Assembly: GCA_951406725.2 (NCBI GenBank)
Contig: OX597841.1
Location: 15,252,001-15,316,000, forward strand
DNA: 64,000 nt
Direction of reading: 5' to 3'
Origin: Octopus vulgaris
Taxonomy: Eukaryota
The stretch's first letter is position 1; every line of letters starts with the position of its first letter. The position numbers were made by a program, and so were the translations under genes. Under the pieces are notes generated by a model, which was given only the letters and a program-made list of their open reading frames with translations, ran no database searches and was not told the DNA's origin. Positions 13,462-27,062 of this stretch are shown here, in pieces.

Positions 13462-13605
13462 CGATGGGCTTCTTACAATTTCCGTCTACACAATCCACGC
13501 ACAAGGCTTTGGTAAGTACGAGGCTATAGTTGAAGACACTTGGCCAAGGTGCCACGCAGCGGGACTGAACCCGGGACCATGTGGCTGGGAAGCAAGCTAC
13601 ATACC
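13462..13605 (-). mobile_element. SINE family A, 5' half
   Basis: Sequence match to family A. Confidence 0.8.
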
Positions 13606-13638
13606 ACCAATATGCTATATATACACATACATATGCAT

Positions 13639-13739
<101 letters not shown>

Positions 13740-13860
13740 TACATATGTATATATACATATATATATATACATACATATACACACATACATAAAAAACATA
13801 CATACATACACACATATATACGTGCACACACACACACATATATATATGTGTATATATATG

Positions 13861-13906
<46 letters not shown>

Positions 13907-14528
13907 CAGACACACGTGTGTGTGTGTGTGTCTGTGTGTGTGTGTGTGTGTGTACAAACAAAAAAAGCGCTCGTTATGATGTGACATTTACGTCATCTAC
14001 GCCAGACAGATTGTAACGGAAATTAATACAGCAGCACCGAGAAATACACAAATACAAATTAAATAATAATAACGACGACGACGATGACGATAATGATGAC
14101 GATAATGATGACGACGATGACGACGATGATGATGACGATGTTCATCTTCATCATCATCATCATCATCAACAGCAGCAGCAGCAGCAGCAGCAGCCGTGGC
14201 ACAATTGCAGCAGTAACACCTTCGACGGCGAGTCAAGAGATGCAGAAATTAGTAATAGAAAAAAAACCCAAAAAACAAAAAACAAAAAGAAGAAATACAA
14301 AATGCAAAGAAAAAACAACAACACACAAACAAACACAGTAAATGAGGATAGAATTTTGACGATGTCGTAAAGTGTCGTAAATGTGAGGTTTTAAGCAGCG
14401 ATGGAGTTTGGCTGTTTGGAGATTTCCTTTTCTCTCTCTCTCTCACTCTCTCTCTCTCTGATTCTGTCTCTGTCTCTCTGTCTGTCTCTCTGTCTATCTC
14501 TCTGTCTCTCCTTCTCCCTTTCTCTGAT

Positions 14529-14586
<58 letters not shown>

Positions 14587-14670
14587 ATCCTGTGTGTGTA
14601 TGTGTGTGTCTGTTTCTCTCTCTCCCTCTCTCTCCTCACCTGTCTTTCCTCTCTCTCATATATGTATATA

Positions 14671-14706
<36 letters not shown>

Positions 14707-14950
14707 TGTATGTATGTATGTATGTGTGTATGTATGTATGTATGTATATATGTGTGTATACATGTACACACACATATATACATATATACGATATATAATG
14801 CACTCACAGATATATATATATATATAAATATCCATACATACATATGTATATATGTATATATATATATGTGTGTGTGTGTGTGTATATATATACTTGTAGA
14901 CACACATATATACATATATACGATATACAATGCACTCACAGAGATATGCA

Positions 14951-15002
<52 letters not shown>

Positions 15003-15360
15003 AATATATATATAAGTATATTTATACATATATGCAAGTTTATACATGTATAAGTATATGTATGAATATATATATATATATATATATACACACATGTCAT
15101 CTGAGACATATCTATATTTGTTTACAAATGTAGACACATGCTTTATGTGTGTGCGTGAGTGCATGTATGTATATATATATATACACTCGTTCTCACAACC
15201 GTTTATATCTTTATAGGTGTATACAGATGTAGACAAGTATATATATATATATATATATATTTGTAGAAATATTTGTCTGTCTCTCTCTCTCTGGCTCTCT
15301 CAATCTCTCTCTCAGACTGTCTGTCTCTCTGTCTGTCTGTCTCTCTGTCTCTCTATCTCT

Positions 15361-15418
<58 letters not shown>

Positions 15419-15889
15419 TCTCCATTCGATGTCACTGAACTCTGCTTGATTCCGTGTGAAAAAATAGATGAATCCTCGGACGTTTCTATTTGTAAGTCTG
15501 TTATGATTTCGCGTCTGGAAATCTTTCTCTCCGCCTCTCTCTCTCCCTCTCCCTCTCTCTCCCCATCTCCCTCACTCGTTCTCTCTCTCCTTCCCTCTCT
15601 GTATACATCTCTCTCTCTCTCTGTGACTTTGTCCTCTTTATTTCTGTCGTCTTTCTTTCTCCCTCTCTGCCCCTGTGTTTCCATCTCTCTCTCTCTCTTC
15701 ACTTCTTTCCCTTTCTCCCCCCCCTTTCTGTCATTTTCCCTCTGTGTATCTCTCTCGTTTCCTCTCTCTTTCTCTTTCCGTCTCCCCTATCTCTCTCTCA
15801 GTATCTCTCTCTGTCATTCTCTTTCCCTCTCTGTCTCTGTCTTCCCCTTTCTTTCTCTCACCTGCCATTCTCTCACCTCTCTCTCTCTC

Positions 15890-16600
15890 TCTCTCTTTTG
15901 CCTTTTCTTCTCTCTCTCATTTCGTCTCTCTCTCTCTTCTTCCGTCTCTCTCTCTTCTTCCGTCTCTCTTCTTCCGCCTTTCTCTCTCTTCTTCCGTCTC
16001 TCTCTCTTCTTCTGCCTCTCTCTCTCTTCTTCCGTCTCTCTCTCTTCTTCCGCCTTTCTCTCTCTTATTTCGTCTCTCTCTCTTCTTCCGTCTCTCTCTT
16101 CTTCTTCCGTCTCTCTTCTTCCGCCTTTCTCTCTCTTCTTCCGCCTTTCTCTCTCTTCTTCCGCCTTTCTCTCTCTTCTTCCGCCTTTCTCTCTCTTCTT
16201 CTGCCTCTCTCTCTCTTCTTCCGTCTCTCTCTCTTCTTCCGCCTCTCTCTCTCTTCTTCCGCCTTTCTCTCTCTTCTTCCGCCTTTCTCTCTCTTCTTCC
16301 GCCTTTCTCTCTCTTCTTCTGCCTCTCTCTCTCTTCTTCCGTCTCTCTCTCTTCTTCCGCCTTTCTCTCTCTTCTTCCGTCTCTCTCTCTTCTTCCGTCT
16401 CTCTCTCTTCTTTCGTCTCTCTCTCTTCTTTCGTCTCTCTCTCTCTTCTTTCGTCTCTCTCTCTTCTTTCGTCTCTCTCTCTTCTTTCGTCTCTCTCTCT
16501 CTTCTTTCGTCTCTCTCTCTCTCTTCTTTCGTCTCTCTCTCTCTCTTCTTTCGTCTCTCTCTCTCTTCTTCCGCCTTTCTCTTTCTTCTTCTGCCTCTCT
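15890..16600. repeat. (CT)n-derived minisatellite, unit about 20 bp (CTCTCTCTTCTTCCGCCTTT and variants)
   Basis: Directly visible tandem units. Confidence 0.9.
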
Positions 16601-16668
16601 CTTTCTCTTCATCATTCTCCCTGTGTGTATCACTGTCTTTTCCACTCTTTCTCTGTCTCTTGTGCCAT

Positions 16669-16699
<31 letters not shown>

Positions 16700-16832
16700 T
16701 TTGCCTTCGCTTTCTATGTGTATAGATAGGTGCATATGCACGCGCGCAAACACACACACACACACACACAGATTCATGCAAACACACGCATACAGTGGCA
16801 CACACACATACACACACACACACATACACACA

Positions 16833-16873
<41 letters not shown>

Positions 16874-17020
16874 ACACACAAACGGACGCGTACACACATA
16901 CACACGCGTACTTTCACAGACACGTACACACATACACACGCGTACACGCACACATATATACACATGTGCACGCACATGCACATCCACACCCATACACGCA
17001 CACTCACTCACACGAATAAT

Positions 17021-17079
<59 letters not shown>

Positions 17080-17249
17080 ACACGTACAATCACACGCATT
17101 TGCGCTCACACACATACACGCGCATATGCATACACGCATGCATATATACACTGCGCACGCACATACACATCCACACACAGACACACACACACACATACAT
17201 ACACACACACAGACCCATATCAACACACATACACACACATACATACACA

Positions 17250-17433
<184 letters not shown>

Positions 17434-17554
17434 AGCACTCAAACGTTAGACTGTCGACGAACTGAGCAGAAATTACTGAAAGCGCGGCTTAAATACCAAA
17501 TTCTTCATCTCTACGTTCGACTGAGACGCCGGTGCTTTCCTCGGAGACGAACTC

Positions 17555-17835
17555 TCATCGTCATCATCATCATCATCATCATTATCATCATCATCATCAT
17601 CGTCATCATCATCGTCATCATCATTATCATCACCATCATCACTATCATCATCATCATCATCATCGTCATCATCATCATCATCCTCATCGTCATCATCATC
17701 ATCATCATCACCATCATCACCATCATCATCATCATCACCATCATCATCATCTTCATCATCATCATCATCTTCACCACCACCACCACCATCACCATCATCA
17801 TCCTCATCATCATCATCATCATCATCGCTATCATC

Positions 17836-17884
<49 letters not shown>

Positions 17885-18011
17885 ACGTCGTTGTCGTCAT
17901 CATCATCATTATCATCATCATCATCATCATCTTCATCATCATCATCTTCACCACCACCACCACCACCACCACCACCACCATACCATCATCATCATCATCA
18001 TCATCATCGCT

Positions 18012-18069
<58 letters not shown>

Positions 18070-18212
18070 ACGTCGTCGTCGTCATCATCATCACTATCAT
18101 CATAATCATAATCATCATTATCATCATCATCATCGTCATCGTCATCACCATCATCATCATCATCGTCATCGTCATCATCTTCATCATTGCCATCATCATC
18201 ATCATCGTCGTC
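17555..18212. repeat. (CAT)n microsatellite with an internal duplication of about 180 bp
   Basis: Same order of interruptions (CTT..CAC run..CGCTAT..CAACGT) occurs twice. Confidence 0.85.
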
Positions 18213-18439
18213 AGTAAACCATTGGTCTACCCGCTTGGCCTGATATTGATGAACAAGTGAGCTTAGCTAATCTCCAAACTCCCAACCTGGACTGCCACTT
18301 TATGGAACGCGTTTATCGTTGCAAACATTGGCAGGAACATGACTTCCCTTCCTAGAAGTGATTTCTACCATTCCATAAAATTCGACCTTTGACTGTCTTC
18401 TTACATTTCACTTCCACCAAAAATATATATACTGCCATA

Positions 18440-18831
18440 CTCTCTTTACTCTTTTACTTGTTTCAGTCATTTGACTGCGGCCATGCTGGAGCACCGCCTT
18501 TAGTCGAGCACATCGACCCCGGGACTTATTCTTTTGTAAGCCCAGTACTTATTCTATCGGTCTCTTTTGCCGAACCGCTAAGTGACGGGGACATAAACAC
18601 ACCAGCATCGGTTGTCAAGCAATGCTAGGGGGACAAACACAGACACACAAACATATACACACACTTATATATATATACATATACATATATACGACAGGCT
18701 TTTTCCAGTTTCCGTCTACCAAATCCACTTACAAGGCATTGGTCGGCTCGGGGCTATAGCAGAAGACACTTGCCCAAGATGCCACGCAGTGGGACTGAAC
18801 CCGGAACCATGTGGCTGGTTAGCAAGCTACT
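18440..18831 (-). mobile_element. SINE family A, near full length
   Basis: Near-identical to 9671-10089. Confidence 0.9.
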
Positions 18832-19051
18832 TTCCAAGCTTTAATCTAATTCACCTGTCACTCTATATCTCTGCACTGTTAGTTTTCGGCTAATTTCTTT
18901 CTTTCTCCTCCTTCTCTTTCTATAAACTACCTTTGACGTTGCATCTACTAACGGTTTAAAAAAAAATCTTGACAGCGTTCCCTTCATCGTTATACGCAGT
19001 CATCACATTCTGTTAAAATGTCTTATTGATGTGTTTTGTTTCTGTTTTTCA

Positions 19052-19133
19052 CCCTGATGAGAAGATTCCATGTTTTTACACCATTTTATTCCTTCTGGAA
19101 TAATACCAATGTTTTCTTCGAAACATGTGTCGG
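19052..19133 (+). ncRNA. Type I hammerhead ribozyme motif (PLE-type), stem I eroded
   Basis: CC-CUGAUGA-GAAGA..UCUUC-GAAA-CAUGUG-UC-GG. Confidence 0.55.
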
Positions 19134-19301
19134 AAGTAAAAAGATTTGAATAATACCAGCGTTTAGCTCCATTTATTTATTTATCTATATTATACAAAAA
19201 CATTTCACCTAAACCTGGAGTTTCTACCTTTATAAGTAAGCTGTTACATCCTGGGTACTTGTGTGAATTTTTGCTACCCTGGTAGCATTTATTTCTTTCC
19301 G

Positions 19302-19705
19302 TGGCAGAATCGTTAGCACGCCGGGCGAAATGCCTAGCGGTATTTCGTCTGCCGCTACGTTTTGAGTTCAAATTCCGCCAAGGTCGACTTTGCTTTTCAT
19401 CCTTTCGGGGTCGATTAAATAAGTACCAGTTACGCACTGGGGTCGATATAATCGACTTAATCTGTTTGTCCTTGGTTGTCCTCTCTGTGTTTAGCCCCTT
19501 GTGGGTAATAAAGAAATAGGTATTTCGTCTGCCACTACGTTTTGAGTTCAAATTCCGCCAAGGTCGACTTTGCCTTTCATCCTTTCGGGGTCGATTAAAT
19601 AAGTACCAGTTACGCACTGGGGTCGATATAATCGACTTAATCTGTTTGTCCTTGTTTGTCCTCTCTGTGTTTAGCCCCTTGTGGGTAGTAAAGAAATAGG
19701 TATTT
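19302..19705 (+). mobile_element. SINE family B, head plus two tandem 180-bp body units
   Basis: GGTATTT recurs at 19339, 19519 and 19699. Confidence 0.9.
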
Positions 19706-20176
19706 GTAAACACTGAAAAGCACACATACATTTATATGTGTGTGTGTGTGTGCATGTGTGTATGCGAAGGGGCGGGGCTTAGTGGCTGGAGCATTCGTGA
19801 GTTCAATTCCCGGCGACGCGTTGTGTCCTTGAGCAAGCCACTTTATATAGAGACACAGGTGCAGTTGTGTGGTACGACGGTTGCGTCCTAACCACATGGT
19901 TCCGGGTTCAGTTCCACCTTGGGCAAGTGTCTTCTATTATACCCTGTTGTTGATGTTAAAGTTCCAATGAAGGGTTCTTGGATCTTGATTGGAAACCGCC
20001 CCTTTTCTCCATTGGCAAAAGATCTTGAAACAAAACTCAACAATATATTACATGAGACAAGGAGGGAGACCTTTTTATGGCAGTGATATCAGCTAGAAAT
20101 AGCAGCAGCGTTTACTGACTTAAAACTAATGAGAAATATGTTACATAACCTGCTTTGGATACAGCGTGTGTGTGTG

Positions 20177-20232
<56 letters not shown>

Positions 20233-20270
20233 TACATGCGTATATACAGACATATACATACATACATACA

Positions 20271-20302
<32 letters not shown>

Positions 20303-20481
20303 CATATACGTATATGTATACAGACATGTATATATATATTTGTGTGAGTACATACACACACATATATATGCATAGATAGATAGATACATACATATATATA
20401 TGTATGTACAACTGTACATATATATGTGTATATAAATACATATATATATGTATACATAGATACATAGATACATACATACAC

Positions 20482-20529
<48 letters not shown>

Positions 20530-20614
20530 TAATACACACATATATACGTACTTACACACATATATACAAACATATACATATACATAAATACAGAGATGGA
20601 CACACAAGTACACG

Positions 20615-20683
<69 letters not shown>

Positions 20684-21889
20684 GCAAGGCGCTAAAATAC
20701 GATTAGCTGCTATTTATACCAAGTCTAGCTACTGCGAAGACGCTACCGTATTGTCTATCGAATGGCGGTACTGCTTGTTCGAGATGTTGTTGTCGTTGAC
20801 ACAAGAGGCCTCCGCTCAATATGGCCGTACGTTGACCTGCACCTCATCACCTCCTCCGCCTCTTCCTTCCCGCCGTTCCCTCCCCCCCTTATCTCTCTGT
20901 CTTTTGCCTGAAACGATGTCACGTCACGTGACTCGCAGGTGTCAATATTTACAGGTAAACAAAATTAAATCCTCTTTTTAATGCGGGAATTTAAGTTTTA
21001 AGATAAACACAGACAGACAAAACAAACCCATATGCACACACACACACACACACACACACATGTATACATACACACACGCGCACACACGTATACATACACA
21101 CTCGTATATATATATATATATACATATATATACATACACGTATACACGCACTCAACCAGACACGCGTATACATACACGCATATACATGTATACACACACA
21201 CGTACACACGCACAAACAGGCATACATACTCACACATACGCGTATACACACGCACACGTATACATATACACACATGCACGTATACACTCACTCACGTATG
21301 CATACGCACATATATATATACACACACAGAAACACGTATACATGCACTCACACACACACGTATACATGCATGCACACACGTACACACACAGACACACACA
21401 CGCACACTTACATTTATATACACGCAGACACGCACACGTACACATTTACACACACACATACACACACATAGTCTAACACACACTCAGACTCACAGACATA
21501 TAAGTCTTACACACACACGCACACACAAACACATGCAAACTCACACACACACTCACACACACACACACGCAGACTTAAACACATACACACACACACACAG
21601 ACTTACATACACACGCACACTCACACACACATACACACAGCCACGCAGATATACAGACACATATGCACACACACACAAACAGACTAACACACGCTCAATC
21701 ACACAGACATATACAGTCTTACACACACACACATAGACTTACATACACACACACAGTTACATATAGACTTACACACACACACAGACATACATACACAAGA
21801 TACACAGACATACAGAGACACACACATCAAAACATGCACACACACACATATTAAGACAGTTACATACACACCAAAGCACTCAAATATAC

Positions 21890-21924
<35 letters not shown>

Positions 21925-22288
21925 CACCAAAACACGCACTCACAGACAAACAAGCACACAAACACACACATAATCTCACACGCACATACACACACAATTT
22001 TGCACCGATCAACAAACAGATGTCGTTCGTGCTACGTCTCATTATGCCATGACACTTAGCGGTTCAATAAATAAGTATCGACAAAATCACTAGACGGAAC
22101 TAATTTGATGGGGTCGACATCACTGATTAAAGACTTGAAAGCAGTGCACCAGCTTGGGCGTAGACTAACGAAAGCAGTAAACGTATATACATGTGGGAAG
22201 GTGTGGCTGGGTGGTAAGAAGCTTGCTTCCCGATCACAAGGTCTCGGGTTCAGTCCCATTGTGTGTCACCATATGTGAGTCACTGTCA

Positions 22289-22373
<85 letters not shown>

Positions 22374-23243
22374 ATGGCACCGCGAGTGTCGCGTTGCTCT
22401 CAAGCAACTCTGCCGTCCCGGGTCGACCTTGAGTGACTCCATCACAACCAAAGCGTTCTATAGGGGATTAGTGGAGGGGAGGCACGACGACGAGCTCGGG
22501 GCGAACCTGGACGTCGACGAGGAGTACCTGACCCGCCTGTTCGGGACGACTTTCGGGCCAGGGCCCATGGACAACTTCCAGAGATCCCTGGCCTGGCAGT
22601 GCTACCGAGAAGCGCTACCCGTTCGGGATAAGCTCTACAGACACGGCTCGAGAAACACGGGGCCGACCTGCCCGAGATGCGGTCAGAGCGACGAAACCGT
22701 TCTGCACGCACTCGTGCAGTGTCCAACAATTTCCGACCTGTGGGCTTATGTCGAACAACTGCTGTCACGTGTGGGACGAGTCGGTTTATCAGCCGAGTCT
22801 ATCGTCAATATTGTTACGCCTCCTTCCTTCAAACGGGAAGGAAGAGCTATTTTCATCATCCTTGTGGCTAAGCTCTACAGACACTTGCAAAGAAATGTGG
22901 TAACATATAACAATATTGACCGAGGTTACCGTGGTCTTTTTCGTAGGCTTTTCTTCCCACGGATAAACCTTATCTGCTTCCCCCTTTACACCGTACATCA
23001 TGACACTGTGATACACGATCCCTATTGATCGTTTTTTTCCTCTACCCCGTTTTTCCTTTTTTTTCTTCTTTTTTTCTTTTTTCTTTTCTTTTGTTTCTTT
23101 TCCTTTTTTTCTTTTTTTCTTCTTTCCCTCTTACGATCCTTTTTGATCGAAAACCAACCCAACTTTTTTTTTTCTCCAAAAAAAGAAAAGCTCTACTTTG
23201 TAATCTGTCCCGTCTGTGTGCAGCCCTGCGTGGCTAATAAAGA

Positions 23244-23247
<4 letters not shown>
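22374..23247 (+). mobile_element. Tx1/L1-clade LINE 3' fragment (zf-RVT region plus 3'UTR)
   Basis: ALPVRDKLYRHG...CPRCGQSDETVLHALVQC CCHC finger; T-rich 3'UTR ending AATAAAGAAACT; flanked by (ATCT)n and (CT)n(ATCT)n. Confidence 0.85.
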
Positions 23248-23334
<87 letters not shown>

Positions 23335-23380
23335 ATCTATATATCCATCTACTTATCTGTCTGTCTGTCTGTCTGTCTCT

Positions 23381-23576
23381 GCGTTCGGTCCGTCAAGGAT
23401 GTCCCGTCTCGTCACTTCTGTATATATTGACTCTAGATCCACTACTACGGAAGCTGGCGTCGCTGAGGAGCATCCCGCGAGAACTGGGTTGCGGGAGAAG
23501 CGTGTCTGCATACGCGGACGATGTCACCGTCATAGTGTCAAGCCTCAGAAATATTGACCTGGTCGACAGGACACTA
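23381..23576 (+). mobile_element. Tx1/L1-clade reverse transcriptase fragment
   Basis: RSVRQGCP..SLLYILTLDPLLRKL...SAYADDVTV. Confidence 0.85.
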
Positions 23577-23912
23577 AATTTATTGGAATTTTTGAAAAGT
23601 AAAAATTTTGCATGATGTAGCTTGTTATTCTCTTTAAGTGAACATTTTTCTGGTTGAAATACACCGAAAAATGGCGACACAGCAGTAAAAAAAATCTTTA
23701 AAAATAGGGATTTTCATAGAAAAAAAAGCACCTTTTTGATGTAAATATCTTTTGGTGTTAACATAGTCCGATTTGAATTTTTTTCTTCTACGGAAGGAAG
23801 AGCAATCCTTCTTCTATCATACTCTCAATTTTGGTCAACTTGCACCACAGGGTCTCAGAGGAGATAGTGTTAGTTGAAGGCTATACCAAACCTGCCACAC
23901 ACACACAACTTC
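23577..23912 (-). mobile_element. Non-autonomous Helitron-like 5' segment
   Basis: Shares TTTTGGT.AA..TGCACC.CA and ACACACAACTTCA..T.TATATA with 26735-27062. Confidence 0.5.
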
Positions 23913-23914
23913 AG

Positions 23915-23960
<46 letters not shown>

Positions 23961-24019
23961 CGGAATGGTCATATTGCCAGTTTAGCCAATATATATGTAT
24001 ATATAAACTTAGATAAACT

Positions 24020-24423
24020 TAGATATGTTTCGACCAAAGATTGGTCCAGACCATGTCTAACTTAATAGCACCACCTGATAGGATTATTTGAATCCTGTTT
24101 AAGTCAAGTTTGTTTATGGTCCATTCAAGTAGTGAGTTCTTGTTGGGTGAGTTGTATCCAATTATGGGTGGCTTATCTGGTATTCCGTGAAGGAATCTAT
24201 CCAGACTTCGTTTAAAGTTGATGGGATCCTTTTCCTTTTTGATCTCTTTTGGGACGATGTTAAATAGGGTAGGGCCTGTTGAGGAAAAGAAATTATGTTG
24301 CAGTGTACATGTATGCTGTGATCTTGAATTGGGCAGGGGACGTATGGCCCGTGGTCCCAGTCTTGGATGAATCTTGAAGCTAATGTTCAGGTCGTTTGGG
24401 CAAAGTTGGCGGTATATTCTCCA

Positions 24424-24426
<3 letters not shown>
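24020..24426 (-). mobile_element. CR1-group LINE 3' fragment
   Basis: WRIYRQLCPNDL...HPRLGPRA...GPTLFNIVPKEIK...FKRSLDRFL..IPDKP; (ATCTAAGTTT)n tail. Confidence 0.85.
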
Positions 24427-24492
<66 letters not shown>

Positions 24493-25138
24493 TTATCAAT
24501 TAAGGATAAAATCTTAATAAGAAATCTTAACAAGAAATCATCAGGTAGTTAGCGTGAAAAACTTCATAAGAGAAAAAAATTTGAAAATTTTTTTCACTTG
24601 AAAATATTTTTTTTATATTATATAGAGGGCCATTATTACACATAAATGCCACACGCTAGGAGGTACTTTGAAAGTCATTGCTACCAAAAATAAACGAATC
24701 GTCCCAAATACAGATCTCGAAGCAAGACATTTAGAAAAAGAATTTTCTATATATATATATATATATATATATTTATAAGCTTACATTCAAATACATACAC
24801 ACACAGACTCTCTCTCTCACACACACACATGTGCAGTCACGCCTACACACCATAAATAACAAAACAAAAATAAAACAAGATGTTTTCAAAATGAAACTGT
24901 AAAATGTTTGATAAACGCGCGCCATATTGATCGTTGATGTTGTTGTTTTTAAGGAGACAGCAGCTGTGACAGTTGTTTTGTTATTGGGAAGCGTTTATCT
25001 TGTTTTGTTGTTATTTAGGTTAAATATGGATCTTGTTGTGGTTCTCGATATCAATGTCGTTTACCCCTTGCCATTGCAACCTTGCTCTTGTTGTCGTTCT
25101 TCTTCTTCTTCTCTTCGTTCCCGTTCATTCATTCAATC

Positions 25139-25169
<31 letters not shown>

Positions 25170-25870
25170 CTTCTTCTTCTTCTTCTTCTTCTTCTTCTCC
25201 TTCTCCTTCTTCTTCCTCTTCTTCTTCGTCTTCTTCTTCGTCTTCGTCGTCTTCTTCTTCTTCTTCTTCTTCTTTCTTCCTCCTCTTCTTCTTCTTCCTT
25301 CTTCCTCCTCCTCCTCCTCCTCCTCCCTTCTTCTTCTTCCTCCTCCTCTCGTTCTTGTTTGTGGTTTTATTATTGTATCAATTGTTGTTTTCGATGGCAG
25401 AGACGATGTTCGCTCTCTTCTCGCTCTCACTATTGTTGTTGCTGCTGTTGTTGTAGTTCGAACCGGATGTTACTTTGGTGTTGGTTGCCGACGGGATTGT
25501 TGCTGCTGCTGTTGTTGTTGTTGTTGTTTTTAATGAAAATCAATTAGGAGTTTGACTGAGAAAGGTTAATTACCATCGCCATTAACTGTGTCGGTAGACA
25601 CACACACACACACACGCACACACACCGACACACACGCACACACACGCATGCGCGTGCGCATACTAGCACAGACATTGTTATATTGATGTAGGTATGTACA
25701 GATGTAGAAATAGTTACACATATTTATTTACATACATAAATACACACACATACATACATACATACCTACATACATACATACATACATACATACATACATA
25801 CATACATACATACATAGATACATACATACATACATACATACATACATACATACATACATACATACATACA

Positions 25871-25904
<34 letters not shown>

Positions 25905-25934
25905 CATATATACATGCATACATACAGAAAAACC

Positions 25935-26037
25935 TGTTGTTGACGTTGAAATTCCAATGAAGGTGCCTTGAATCTGGGTTAGAAACCGGATCTTTCTCTA
26001 CTGGTAAGAAATCTTAAAATAAAACTGAACAATGACG
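25935..26037 (+). mobile_element. Short retroposon 3' tail followed by (TACA)n; related pieces at 19945-20045 (+) and 45212-45252 (-)
   Basis: Shared TTCCAATGAAGG...GAAACCG...TGGYAAGAAATCTT. Confidence 0.55.
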
Positions 26038-26734
26038 TACATGCATACATACACACACACGTACATACATACATACATACATACATACATACATACTACA
26101 TACATACACACATACACACACATGCATACATATATACATACATACATACATACATACACACATACATTCATAACATACATACATACATACATGCATGCAT
26201 GCATACATACATACATACATACATACATACATACACACATACATGCATACATACATACATACATACACACATATACATACATTCATACATTCATACATGC
26301 ATACATACATACATACATATACATACATACATACATACATACATACACACACACATATACATACATTCATACATACATACACACATACATGCATACATAC
26401 ATACATACACACATGCATACATACATTCATTCATACATACATACATGCATGCATGCATACATACATTCATAGATACGTACATACATGCACACACACATAC
26501 ATCCATATTTACACATATTCATGCATACATTTATACATACATACACATATGCACACATTCTTTAAAAGACATTGGATTTCATCTTGAAAGATAGTAGTAT
26601 ATGCATGAAACGATCGTAAGGTCTCTCAAACCTTTTTAAATAATCATAGTTATACTTTATACATTTATTTATTAATAGAATATTGATCATATTATGGACG
26701 TTGCTCGGGTTGTAAGGAAATAACTATATAAGCA

Positions 26735-27062
26735 TTTTTAGAGAGTTATAGCCAAAAAATGCATTAAAAATTGAAAAAAATTAAGGTAAATATTTTTTAA
26801 ATCGTTGACACATCGTAGATATTTTTAGAGAGTTACTTCCCTTATATAAAAGCGAAAAAAATGCATTAAAATGGAAAAATATGATGGTAAATTTTTTTTT
26901 AATCGTAGACTCATCGTAGACGCACGCTAATACCCAGAAGGGCTCGATATGAATCACGACTATAAGATACCCGCTTTTGGTTAAACTGCACCGCAAAATG
27001 TGGGAGTAGTTAGGAATCGAAATCGTAGGAGACAGACACACAACTTCACTCTTATATAAAGA
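26735..27062 (-). mobile_element. Non-autonomous Helitron-like 5' segment
   Basis: Minus strand starts A|TCTTTATATAAGAGTGAAGTTGTGTGTCTGTC, a Helitron-type 5' TC end followed by a short microsatellite. Confidence 0.55.

Noticed and set aside
24490-24745. Hammerhead around the minus-strand CUGAUGA near 24545
   Set aside because: No matching stem II-GAAA strand found by eye; left as an unclassified AT-rich repeat.
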